64,000 nucleotides of DNA, from the NCBI GenBank assembly GCA_038868995.1, contig JAWCRZ010000001.1, positions 34,269-98,268 of the forward strand, written 5' to 3'. Made by a program: the position numbers and the translations under genes. Shown one piece after another: positions 26,997-35,909 of this stretch; within the stretch, counting starts at the first letter, position 1; each line of letters opens with the position of its first letter. This stretch comes from Candidatus Woesearchaeota archaeon (GTDB lineage: Archaea > Nanobdellota > Nanobdellia > Woesearchaeales > ARS49). The notes under the pieces are model-generated. The model had not been told where the DNA came from. It was given only the letters and a program-made list of their open reading frames with translations, and did not search any database.

Positions 26997-28220
26997 TTAG
27001 TAATACGTATCGGCTTGTTCCTTGCCGCGCAGGTGTCCAATGCCGATGATAATGCCAAGGATAACGAGCAGGACAACAAGCACTATTAGGATCACCTCAA
27101 ACACGCCTTTTGCTTTTGACTGCTGTGCTACGACATTCGCGGTCAGGGTGAGTTCCTGGCGATGGTCTCCTGACGCAACTGTTGCAATCAATGAGTGTGC
27201 GCCGCTTGGTGCATCCTTGCTGACCTGGACATTTACAAAAACGGTTTGTGTCTGGCCGGCTGGCACAACAAGCATACTGGTTGGTGTGATTGACACCGCT
27301 GCCCAGTCGGTACTTGGCACAATGACTGTGAATGTCTTGCTGGTTTTTCCTGCGTTCGTTACGGTAATGGGGAAAATGGCTGTCTGGCCACTGGCAACGC
27401 TCTGCATCTGGTTGCCCAGGGTGATGCTTGACTGCTGCCTGCTGTCTTCATTGCAGGTTTCATCCTCAAGAACGGTGATTGTGCGCCGTTCACTGACTTT
27501 TCTCTGCCGTTGTGAAAACTCAACATCTATAACTGCTTCATAATTGCCAGGTTTTGCGCATTTCGGTATTCTTATGAAAATCTCTTCCGTCTCCTCTTCT
27601 TCATCACCGTTGTCTATTTCATCGATGAAGTCACTGCCGCTTACTCCCAGTGCAGGAATTCCCACGGTGACTTTTACGTCATTCTGCCGCTTTTCACCCT
27701 TGTTTTCAACGCGGACTGTTGTCAGAAGCGCACTGCCTGCTCTGACAGCATTGTTCGGGCTGAAGACAACGTCATCAATTCGGAGCGCGTTGCGTGGAAC
27801 ATCAATTTTGAGGTTGTAGTTCGCAATGCGCTCGTCCCCAAAGCGGTCTGATATGATAACACGAAGTTTGTAATTGTCTTCATCGACGTTATCTGGAATA
27901 GTGATGTGGAGTTTCTTTACATAGGTGACGTTTGCGTCTGCGTCAAAAACAGGTGTTTTGTCTTCAATGTCGTCTATGTCATTGAATTCATAGCCAGAAA
28001 TGAACACGCGAACTTCTGCATTGTCAATATCAAATGTTGGTGTGAACTTGACACGTATTTCATATTCTTTCCCGCGTTCGAGTGATAGCCGGTTGATGGC
28101 ATTTTCATCAAGCGTTGTATCGTCAATTTCAACTTCGTCAAGCACTACTGGTAATGCTGTCGCTGATGCAATAACTGTCAGGAATAATGCCATTGCAATA
28201 AGTGCGTGTCTTGCCTTCAT
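26997..28220 (-). CDS. Secreted Ig-like-repeat (S-layer/CARDB-like) protein with C-terminal membrane anchor
   Basis: Signal peptide MKARHALIAM; three beta-sandwich-like units (VENKG, VTNAG); C-terminal TM. Confidence 0.8.
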   Translation of the reverse strand: MKARHALIAMALFLTVIASATALPVVLDEVEIDDTTLDENAINRLSLERGKEYEIRVKFTPTFDIDNAEVRVFISGYEFNDIDDIEDKTPVFDADANVTYVKKLHITIPDNVDEDNYKLRVIISDRFGDERIANYNLKIDVPRNALRIDDVVFSPNNAVRAGSALLTTVRVENKGEKRQNDVKVTVGIPALGVSGSDFIDEIDNGDEEEETEEIFIRIPKCAKPGNYEAVIDVEFSQRQRKVSERRTITVLEDETCNEDSRQQSSITLGNQMQSVASGQTAIFPITVTNAGKTSKTFTVIVPSTDWAAVSITPTSMLVVPAGQTQTVFVNVQVSKDAPSGAHSLIATVASGDHRQELTLTANVVAQQSKAKGVFEVILIVLVVLLVILGIIIGIGHLRGKEQADTYY

Positions 28221-28334
28221 TCTTATAACCCCCACATCTGTTTGCAGGACAATATCCTGCTATTAAAGTTTTTCTATTCTGGAGTAGTTTTACTATGTTA
28301 CTACCAAATAGTAAATACTATTATATAAATCTTT

Positions 28335-29402
28335 CTATTGGAAGATGACTTCCACATACCTGTGCTTGACACGGTGCAAGCTTCCGGAATCGATTGTTAT
28401 GCGAACAGGGTATTCCCCCGGCTGCGTGTCTTCTGGAAGGTCTACATAAATTGTTTTGCTGATGCGTTTGCCGACTGAAACGTCTTCTATCGGCCCTACG
28501 CTTGCGCGTACGCCTAAGTCGGGTATCGCGACAGCTGCTTCCAGGTTTTCTAGCTTCTCGTCACCATTGTTTTTGAATGAGATGGTCACTGGAACAACAT
28601 CACCTGCAAGAGCATCATATGCATTCGGTATTATAATTGCGCCGATGTGTATGCTGAGGCCGTCACCGTCATCTTCATCACTTTGACTGGGTGCCGGCGC
28701 TCCTCTTTCAACGACGTGCAGCAAAAAGCTTTCTGGCACGCCATTGCAGGTTACAATAACTTCCTCTGTTCCGGTAAAACCTGGGTTGAGGTCAAATATT
28801 CTGATATCGTCAGCTATGAAAAACAAATTGTAATGTGGTGAGGAACTGGCTATTGCAAAAACCAGTTCATCGCTGTCAGGGTCTGAGCATTTGTCAAACA
28901 CGTTTTCTTGTACAAGTGTTCCTGATGGGCTCCCTCTGAGTATTGTTACGTCTGAAAGGTCTTCCCATACCGCGTCATGTTCTGATGGGAATCCAGGTCC
29001 TGGTCCTGGTGTTGGCCCGCCTGGTATGCCTCCGCCCGGGAATCCTGGGAATCCACCATCGAAGCTGCTCCCTGTGCTGTCGCCGAATGAACCGGGTATG
29101 CCGGTTCCGGCGGGCGTTCCGCCGCTGAATGCGCTTGGGTCTGTGCCGGCTGACGTGCCGCCTGAGAATGCACTTGGGTCAACTCCGCCAAACGAGCCGC
29201 CTGAAAATCCACTTGGGTCAACTCCGCCAAACGAGCCGCCTGAGAAGCTGCCTGGGTCGGTGCCACCGAATGAGCCGCCGCTGAATCCGCTGCCGTCAAA
29301 TCCGCCGAATGAGCCGCCTTCAAATGCAACAATAAGCGGCGCTGCTATCAGCGCGGCTATAACGATGAGAGAAACAAACGGTAGTGTTTTGCTTGGTTTC
29401 AT
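28335..29402 (-). CDS. Secreted protein with Gly/Ser/Phe 13-aa repeats, cadherin-like and CARDB-like domains
   Basis: GSFGGxDPSxFSG repeats (39-bp unit); DPDSDELVF; SFKNNG..LENL C-terminal domain. Confidence 0.8.
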   Translation of the reverse strand: MKPSKTLPFVSLIVIAALIAAPLIVAFEGGSFGGFDGSGFSGGSFGGTDPGSFSGGSFGGVDPSGFSGGSFGGVDPSAFSGGTSAGTDPSAFSGGTPAGTGIPGSFGDSTGSSFDGGFPGFPGGGIPGGPTPGPGPGFPSEHDAVWEDLSDVTILRGSPSGTLVQENVFDKCSDPDSDELVFAIASSSPHYNLFFIADDIRIFDLNPGFTGTEEVIVTCNGVPESFLLHVVERGAPAPSQSDEDDGDGLSIHIGAIIIPNAYDALAGDVVPVTISFKNNGDEKLENLEAAVAIPDLGVRASVGPIEDVSVGKRISKTIYVDLPEDTQPGEYPVRITIDSGSLHRVKHRYVEVIFQ

Positions 29403-29436
29403 GGTGTTCCCTTTTTGTTAACTTTAAATAAAAAAA

Positions 29437-30447
29437 TTAATCCTCGACAAATGTGTCGATGTCATTTAGGTCTTTCTTCTTTTTCTTTTCTGCAGCGGCT
29501 TTTTCTTCAGCTGCCTTCTTCTCAGCGGCAGCCCTCTTTTCTGCAGCGGCTTTTTCTTCAGCTGCCTTCTTCTCAGCAGCTGCCTTTGCTTCCGCTTCTG
29601 CCTTTGCAGAATCATCGGCTTTTGATGGTGCAGCACTTTCTTTCTTGTCTTCCTTTATTGTTGGCTCAAGGGTGTTCATCTTGTAGAGAACTGCTGCCCT
29701 GATTACTTTGCCCTTTGAAAGTCCTTCTGTGTAGCGTCTTTCTGATATGCTGTCAACAGAGTTTGAAAGCTCTTTTGTGCCGTCTTCGCGTGCCGGAAAA
29801 TACTTTGCCAGCTTTTCCGGATTGTCAATCCATGTCACACTGTCGTACAGCTCGCGCTGTTTTTCAGGAGTGTCGAGTTTTGTTTCACGCTTGTAGCCCC
29901 AGCTGTCCTTGGTTACGCGTTTTGCAAATGCCTTGTTCGCGTCAAAGCCGAGTTCTTTTGCATGTTCTGTAAGCTTTCCTTCAAGCTTCATGTGGTCGTT
30001 TTCGTAGACGCCAAACACTCTTATGCTTGATGCCGGGTTGCCTGGCTGTTCCTGCCAGACAACAATTGCATATGCTTCCAGCTGATTGCTGTTTTTCAGG
30101 TCTGCAATGTATTTTTTGCCTTCTTTTGCAATTGCTGTTGCTTCTGCATTCACTGCTTTGCTGATTATATCTTCTCCTGTAACTGCTTTTGCAAGTTCTT
30201 CTGCGCGTGCAACAGTTGTTTCAATTGTGGAAATTTCATCAGGGTTCAGAATACCGTCTTTCTTGACGTTGTTTAATTGTTCACGAAGGTAGACCGTTTT
30301 TTCTTGGTTTCCCTTGCATGCATAGTCGTCTTTTGCCGTGCAAACTTTGTCTTCAAGTTTAGAATCTTTTTTTGCAATTGGCACACAACCAGTGATACCT
30401 GCTGCGTAAATAAGTCCTGCTGCAATTGCACCATAAATTCCTTTCAT
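29437..30447 (-). CDS. Lipoprotein with C-terminal AAEKK (TolA-like) repeats
   Basis: Start MKGIYG after GGGGGG RBS; ITGC lipobox; AAAEKKAAEEKAAAEKR repeats. Confidence 0.8.
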   Translation of the reverse strand: MKGIYGAIAAGLIYAAGITGCVPIAKKDSKLEDKVCTAKDDYACKGNQEKTVYLREQLNNVKKDGILNPDEISTIETTVARAEELAKAVTGEDIISKAVNAEATAIAKEGKKYIADLKNSNQLEAYAIVVWQEQPGNPASSIRVFGVYENDHMKLEGKLTEHAKELGFDANKAFAKRVTKDSWGYKRETKLDTPEKQRELYDSVTWIDNPEKLAKYFPAREDGTKELSNSVDSISERRYTEGLSKGKVIRAAVLYKMNTLEPTIKEDKKESAAPSKADDSAKAEAEAKAAAEKKAAEEKAAAEKRAAAEKKAAEEKAAAEKKKKKDLNDIDTFVED

Positions 30448-30512
30448 TGTAATCCCCCCGATATGAGCGTCAAACGCTTTATATCTACTGTAGAGTGGCA
30501 CTAATATTTAAA

Positions 30513-30554
30513 CCTTGCGAAGCGTGCTTCGCAAGGCCCGCCAAGCTTTGCTTG
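30513..30554 (-). terminator. Double hairpin downstream of the beta-barrel-like gene
   Basis: CCTTGCGAAGC-GT-GCTTCGCAAGG (11 bp) and CAAGC-TTT-GCTTG; on the minus strand followed by TTTAAAT. Confidence 0.55.
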
Positions 30555-30567
30555 ACACATTGGTTTG

Positions 30568-31677
30568 CTAAAAGTCAAACTTGATGACTATGCCGCCAGC
30601 AATGCCGCCTTTTGTTTTGTCTTTGTCAATGTTTTGACCGGGATCATCGATTCTTTGCTCATTGCCCTGATAACCTACAGTGCCTGAAATGCTGAAATTC
30701 CTGCATGGAGAGTATGTTAAAATTGCGCCTGCGCCCAATGTTTGAGTTCTTGTTTCTCTCAGCGATATGCCACTTTCAGTATTCAGTACTTTGTATGCGA
30801 CATATGGAGTTAAACTCCAGATGTTTCCCCTCCCGTTTTCATCGCGGTTGTTCAGGGTGAAAGACGGCCCAATTCTGAATTGGAGAGTGTCATCTGTTTC
30901 AAGCTTGCCAAATTTGTTTCTGTTCCAGTAAGCTTCTGCAAGCAGGTCGACGATGAATTCTGCATCTCTTTCGTCCTGCCGCCTGTCGAATTCAAGCAGC
31001 CCTGACTGCTTTGCTTTTTCGCGGTGCAGTGCAACTCTTCCTTCAATTCCTGCAAAAGTCGTGTCATAGTTGCCGTCAATTTCGAAGCCGGAAAGCAGTT
31101 CTCCGTCGAATTTTCCGCTTCCTTTGTAGAATTTTCCGAGCAGTTTGTAGCCGTGCTCGCGTGACGCAACTCCTAATTCAGCTCCATAGATAAAACGGTG
31201 TGCATCCATATCGATTTCTTCCTTGAATGTGCTGTGCTCGTAGCCGAGTACCGGCCTCAGGAAAAGCTCAAATTCTCTGTTGCTCAGCGCATACCATCCA
31301 AGTGCTGCTATGCCCCTGATTGAATTGACTTCAAGTTCGCTTCCGTCAATGTTGTCCCATTTTTCGAAGACATCCTGAATGCCAAAATAAGGCCTCAGGT
31401 TTCCGGTAATATACTCAAATTGTGCGCTGCCTGAAAATCTGTCAGCCAATGGCTCGTGCTCTGCTTTTATCTGAAGCGAGCCGCGCAGTATGTCGTCAAG
31501 CTTTCGTGAAACTGCTGCGCCGTCGTCAGCAAGGGAAACGCTTTTTTTCTCTGTCTTTTCAGCGGAAGCCGGTTTGTCGTCCTCATTGAAGCGGTCTTGT
31601 GCGTATGCCTGTGATGCAAAAAAAGAACCAAGAAGTGTTGCGCCTGTAAGAATTGTTTTCTTGAAAATGTTCATCAT
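30568..31677 (-). CDS. Secreted protein with outer-membrane beta-barrel-like sequence
   Basis: Sec signal ending AYA; many amphipathic alternating strands; terminal GGIVIKFDF. Confidence 0.65.
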   Translation of the reverse strand: MMNIFKKTILTGATLLGSFFASQAYAQDRFNEDDKPASAEKTEKKSVSLADDGAAVSRKLDDILRGSLQIKAEHEPLADRFSGSAQFEYITGNLRPYFGIQDVFEKWDNIDGSELEVNSIRGIAALGWYALSNREFELFLRPVLGYEHSTFKEEIDMDAHRFIYGAELGVASREHGYKLLGKFYKGSGKFDGELLSGFEIDGNYDTTFAGIEGRVALHREKAKQSGLLEFDRRQDERDAEFIVDLLAEAYWNRNKFGKLETDDTLQFRIGPSFTLNNRDENGRGNIWSLTPYVAYKVLNTESGISLRETRTQTLGAGAILTYSPCRNFSISGTVGYQGNEQRIDDPGQNIDKDKTKGGIAGGIVIKFDF

Positions 31678-31818
31678 AACCCCCATTATATAATGTATTT
31701 CATCGTCTTAGCATTGGTGATATTTAAAACTTTCTGTCTGTTGCTATTCTGCAGTAGCAACTTAAAGAGCGCGTTGCATTGCACAAACTTTTTAAGCAGT
31801 GCTCAGGTTGAGCACGTC

Positions 31819-34800
31819 ATGGAAGAGCAGAGTGGGTCTGGGCAGGGTTCTCATCACATAGCGCAACATATATCTACCGCAAAGAAAGCGGTTGAATTTG
31901 CCAAAAAGCATGCATTTGTATTGACCCTATTGTTAGTTCTGGCTTTGCAGTTTGTTCCGAGCCCGCATGGCAATTATCCGTGGGGCGGTATATGGCTTCG
32001 TTTGCAGCCAAAGGATTTGCCGATTGCTGATTCTGCTGCTGCATCGAGTGTTGAAAATTTTGTTCGCCAGCAGGCATCCATCATTGCAAACCAGCAGTAT
32101 CCAAATCTGCCTGACGAGAACAAGAAGAAAGTTGTCAACGATTTGATGAAGAAGTTGAAGGAAGAGGGCAGGGACCAGCTTGCTGTCGAGGAGAGAAAGC
32201 TTGCTCAGCAGATACGCGACCATTACCAGTACGAATCTGATGGCAGGAAATTCCCGTATATGCCTGATATTGATCCATATTTCTATTTGAGGTATGCGCG
32301 TAATTTGGTTGAGAAAGGCCATACATACGATATCATCAAAGATGGTGTTCCGTGGGATAACCACATGATTGCTCCTTTGGGGACTGTTGCTGATAAGAAC
32401 TGGCACCCGTATGTTGCTGTTATAATGTTCAGGATTGCCAGGATTTTTGACAGTGGCATCACTTTGATGCAGTCGTCTAATTATTTTCCGATTGTGTTTA
32501 TTTTTTTCTCGCTTATTTTTGTATTCCTAATCGCGCAGAAGGTTTCGGGCAACATTGGCGGGTTTTTTGCGGCAACTGTGCTGGCTGTTCTTCCCGCAGT
32601 GATGGGAAGGACTCCTTGGGGTCATTTTGATACTGATGCGTATAACGTTTTTTTCCCGGCTGTTGTTGTTTATTTGCTGATTGTTGCCCTAAGTGCATCA
32701 ACGATGAAACGGCAGGCATTGTTCGGAGCGTTCACTGGTCTCGCTATCGCAATCTATGCAAACTTGTGGTCTGGCTGGTGGTTCTTGTTTGATTTTGTGC
32801 TTGGCGCGTTTGCTGTCGCTGTTGTTTTTGAAATTGCGCTACATTTGCGAGCGGGTGTAAAAACGCTCTGGCGGAATTCGCGGATGAAGAAGTTTGTTGT
32901 TGTCGGCACTGCCTTTTTCTTTTCTTCAGCGGTTTTCTGCTCACTGACAATAGGGTTTGGTATTTTTGCGGAAAGCGCGTTTTTTAGCGCCTTGGGATTT
33001 ACATTGATTAAGAGCGCTGCCTTGCCAAACTTGTGGCCGAATGTTTACACGACCGTTGCTGAGCTGAATCCTGCTGATTTCAAGCAGGTTGTTGCTTCTG
33101 TTGGTGGAACACTGCCTTTTGTCGTCGCAATTATAGGAATTATCCTGCTTTTGTTCAGACGTGACGAGCATGGAAAGATTGATATCACATATAGTGCATT
33201 GCTCGCGCTGTGGTTTGTCGGCACGATTTATGCCTCTTTGAAAGGATTGCGTTTCACTTTGCTTCTCGGTCCTGCTTTTGCTGTTGCGTTTGGTGCTGCT
33301 GCCGGCTTGCTTGCGCAGCGCGTTGGTTCTTTTGGAGAGAGAAGTTTGCATATGAGCAAAACAGTTACTAATATTATCGTGATTGTTGTTATGGGCGTGA
33401 TTATTGTTAATCCTGCTTCTGTGGGCGCTCATATGGTGCAGAATTCTTATGGCGCTGTTGTTAACGATGTTCCTATTATGAACGATGCTTGGTGGAATGT
33501 TTTGACGAAAATTCGTGATAACAGTCAGCCAAATGCTATTGTAAACTCCTGGTGGGACTTTGGCCATCATTTCAAATATGTTGCTGACCGTGCAGTAACT
33601 TCTGATGGCGCAGTGCAGAATTCTCCGCAGGCGCACTGGGTTGGTCGCGTTCTTCAGACGTCTGACGAGAAGGAAGCGGTTGCCATTTTGCGCATGCTTG
33701 ACTGCGGCGCGAACAGTGCGTATGATTTTGCGCTGAATTCTACTCAGGACCCTGTTGTGTCTTTTAAGCTGGTTAAGCAGATTATAATGGAGGATCGAGA
33801 TGCTGCCGCTCAGACCGCAAAGACAGCTGGTGTGTCTGAGGAGATTTTGAAATATACACATTGTGAACCGCCTGAGAACTTCTTTATTGTTAGTGCCGAC
33901 ATGATTGGCAAGGCGGGTGTCTGGTCGCATTTCGGGCTTTGGACTTTTGATAAGGCAGAAGTGTGGCAGAAATGGAAGAATCTTCCGGAAAGCGAAGCCG
34001 TACCGCAGATGGCAAGACGCTTTAACTGGACTGAAGATGAGGCAAAGCGCATTTATAACGAGGCGAACGCGCTCGCGTCAGAAGAGGCAGCGAATGCATG
34101 GATCAGCCCATGGCCTGGATATGTTGCAACTGATACCAGTCCTTGTTCTGTTTCAGGTGATACAGCAAAATGCGGCAACATTGCTGTGAATTTGACAAGC
34201 AAACGCTCGGAGGTTCGCTTGCCGCAGGGTGTTGCTCCCGCTGGCAAGCTTGTTATTTACAACCGGCAGGGGGACAAGCAGGTTGTTGAGCAGGCTGGAG
34301 GAAATCCTGGCTTGATGGTAGTTATGTGGCCGACTGGTGGTGGTGTAAGTGCGATTGCCGCTTCTGTTGAACTTGCTGACAGCATGTTTACAAGGATGTA
34401 TTTCATGAAAGGTCTTGGCTTGAGACATTTCAGGCCTTTTGCTGAAGATTATCAATTGATTGGGGGCAATATTTACGTGTACAAGGTTGACTGGGAGGGC
34501 GCTGAAAAGTATATTCCTGCTGGTCTTGAGCCGAAGAGCACTGTTGAGCCGGGCGCGCAGGTATTGCTTAGCTATATCGGTTGGACTGATGACTATAAGG
34601 TGTTTGATTCCAGCATTCCGCAATGGAGGGAGCTTGGAGTCACTCCTGATTCGCGGTTTGAGGATTATGAAGTTAGGCCGTTGCCGGTTGTTATCGGTCA
34701 GGGCAAGATTATTCCCGGCTTTGAGAAGCGTATTCAGGGAATGAAGAAGGGTGATGTTAAGACGATTGTAATTCCGCCTGAAGAGGCGTATGGCGTTGAT

Positions 34801-34866
34801 CCCGGAAAGCACGTTTTGGGCAACAAGACGCTTCACTTTAAGATTAAAATTGAAGATGTCCAATAG
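31819..34866 (+). CDS. aglB: Oligosaccharyltransferase AglB/STT3 fused to a C-terminal FKBP-type PPIase
   Basis: DIDPYFYLR, GHFDTD, TVAEL, WWDFG; C-terminal SYIG...FDSS...IGQGKIIPGFE..IQGMKKG..K.IVIPPEEAYG. Confidence 0.92.
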   Translation: MEEQSGSGQGSHHIAQHISTAKKAVEFAKKHAFVLTLLLVLALQFVPSPHGNYPWGGIWLRLQPKDLPIADSAAASSVENFVRQQASIIANQQYPNLPDENKKKVVNDLMKKLKEEGRDQLAVEERKLAQQIRDHYQYESDGRKFPYMPDIDPYFYLRYARNLVEKGHTYDIIKDGVPWDNHMIAPLGTVADKNWHPYVAVIMFRIARIFDSGITLMQSSNYFPIVFIFFSLIFVFLIAQKVSGNIGGFFAATVLAVLPAVMGRTPWGHFDTDAYNVFFPAVVVYLLIVALSASTMKRQALFGAFTGLAIAIYANLWSGWWFLFDFVLGAFAVAVVFEIALHLRAGVKTLWRNSRMKKFVVVGTAFFFSSAVFCSLTIGFGIFAESAFFSALGFTLIKSAALPNLWPNVYTTVAELNPADFKQVVASVGGTLPFVVAIIGIILLLFRRDEHGKIDITYSALLALWFVGTIYASLKGLRFTLLLGPAFAVAFGAAAGLLAQRVGSFGERSLHMSKTVTNIIVIVVMGVIIVNPASVGAHMVQNSYGAVVNDVPIMNDAWWNVLTKIRDNSQPNAIVNSWWDFGHHFKYVADRAVTSDGAVQNSPQAHWVGRVLQTSDEKEAVAILRMLDCGANSAYDFALNSTQDPVVSFKLVKQIIMEDRDAAAQTAKTAGVSEEILKYTHCEPPENFFIVSADMIGKAGVWSHFGLWTFDKAEVWQKWKNLPESEAVPQMARRFNWTEDEAKRIYNEANALASEEAANAWISPWPGYVATDTSPCSVSGDTAKCGNIAVNLTSKRSEVRLPQGVAPAGKLVIYNRQGDKQVVEQAGGNPGLMVVMWPTGGGVSAIAASVELADSMFTRMYFMKGLGLRHFRPFAEDYQLIGGNIYVYKVDWEGAEKYIPAGLEPKSTVEPGAQVLLSYIGWTDDYKVFDSSIPQWRELGVTPDSRFEDYEVRPLPVVIGQGKIIPGFEKRIQGMKKGDVKTIVIPPEEAYGVDPGKHVLGNKTLHFKIKIEDVQ

Positions 34867-34914
34867 TATTTGCCGTTCTAAACCTTTATAAAGGTAAAAG
34901 TTTGTTCGTTACAT

Positions 34915-35589
34915 ATGAATGTTTGGATAGTCATCGCCGCGTATAACGAGGAGCATAGCATAGGGTCTGTTCTGAGGGAGCTTTCAAAAGCCGGCTATAA
35001 GAAGGTGGTTGTTGTGGATGACGGTTCTTCAGATGATACTTATAGGATTGCCAGGCAGTATACAAAGCATGTTGTGCAGCACGTCATTAATAGAGGCCAG
35101 GGCGCTTCGTTGAAAACAGGAATTGATTATGCTTTGCAGCATGGTGCCGATATTGTAGTGACTTTCGATGCCGATGGGCAGCACCGTGTTGAGGATATTC
35201 CGGCATTAATTGCCCCTGTTAAAAGCGGCGAGTTCGATGTGGCATTGGGAAGCCGTTTTTTGAAAGACGGTTCAAACGTGCCGTTCATTCGCAAAATAAT
35301 GCTTAAAGGCGGCATTCTTATGGTCTGGCTTTTTTATGGGATTAAGCTTACTGATGTGCATAACGGCTTCCGCGCTTTTTCGCGCGAGGCAGCTGAAAAA
35401 ATAGAGATAACCATGGACCGAATGGAGCATGCGAGCGAGATTTTGTCTGAGATTAAGCGGCAGAAATTGAAATATGTGGAAGTGCCGGTTGTTATCAGGT
35501 ATACAGAGTACAGCAAGGCGCACGGTCAGAGCAGTTTGAATGCGTTCAAGATATTTTATAAAATGGTTGTGCATAAGTTTACAAAATGA
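34915..35589 (+). CDS. GT2 glycosyltransferase (polyprenol-phosphate glycosyltransferase, DPM1-like)
   Basis: AAYNEE, VDDGSSD, NRGQG, TFDADGQH, GSRF, DVHNGFRA. Confidence 0.92.
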   Translation: MNVWIVIAAYNEEHSIGSVLRELSKAGYKKVVVVDDGSSDDTYRIARQYTKHVVQHVINRGQGASLKTGIDYALQHGADIVVTFDADGQHRVEDIPALIAPVKSGEFDVALGSRFLKDGSNVPFIRKIMLKGGILMVWLFYGIKLTDVHNGFRAFSREAAEKIEITMDRMEHASEILSEIKRQKLKYVEVPVVIRYTEYSKAHGQSSLNAFKIFYKMVVHKFTK

Positions 35590-35909
35590 TGCAGCCGATA
35601 CAGATTGTTGCTTTGCTCGTTGCAGTGATTCACATAGCACGGCTGCTGGCATTATGGAAAAACAAGAAGATTCCAGGCAAAACCGCCTTGTTATGGTTTT
35701 TCATCTGGGCTGCTGTTCTGTTTGTTGTTTTTTTCACTCCAGTAATCGATGCTTTATCACGCCCGATTGGAGTGGGCAGGGGCATCGACATGGTCGTGTA
35801 TCTTTCAGTTCTTGCATTGTTTTATTTCGTGTTCCAGCTGCATATGAAGATTGACAAGCTTGAAAAGGAGATTACCCGGCTGGTGAGGGAGATTGCCCTG
35901 AAAAAATGA
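35586..35909 (+). CDS. DUF2304-family membrane protein
   Basis: Three TMs; GVGRGIDMVVY; ITRLVREIAL tail; usual partner of GT2. Confidence 0.85.
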   Translation: MMQPIQIVALLVAVIHIARLLALWKNKKIPGKTALLWFFIWAAVLFVVFFTPVIDALSRPIGVGRGIDMVVYLSVLALFYFVFQLHMKIDKLEKEITRLVREIALKK

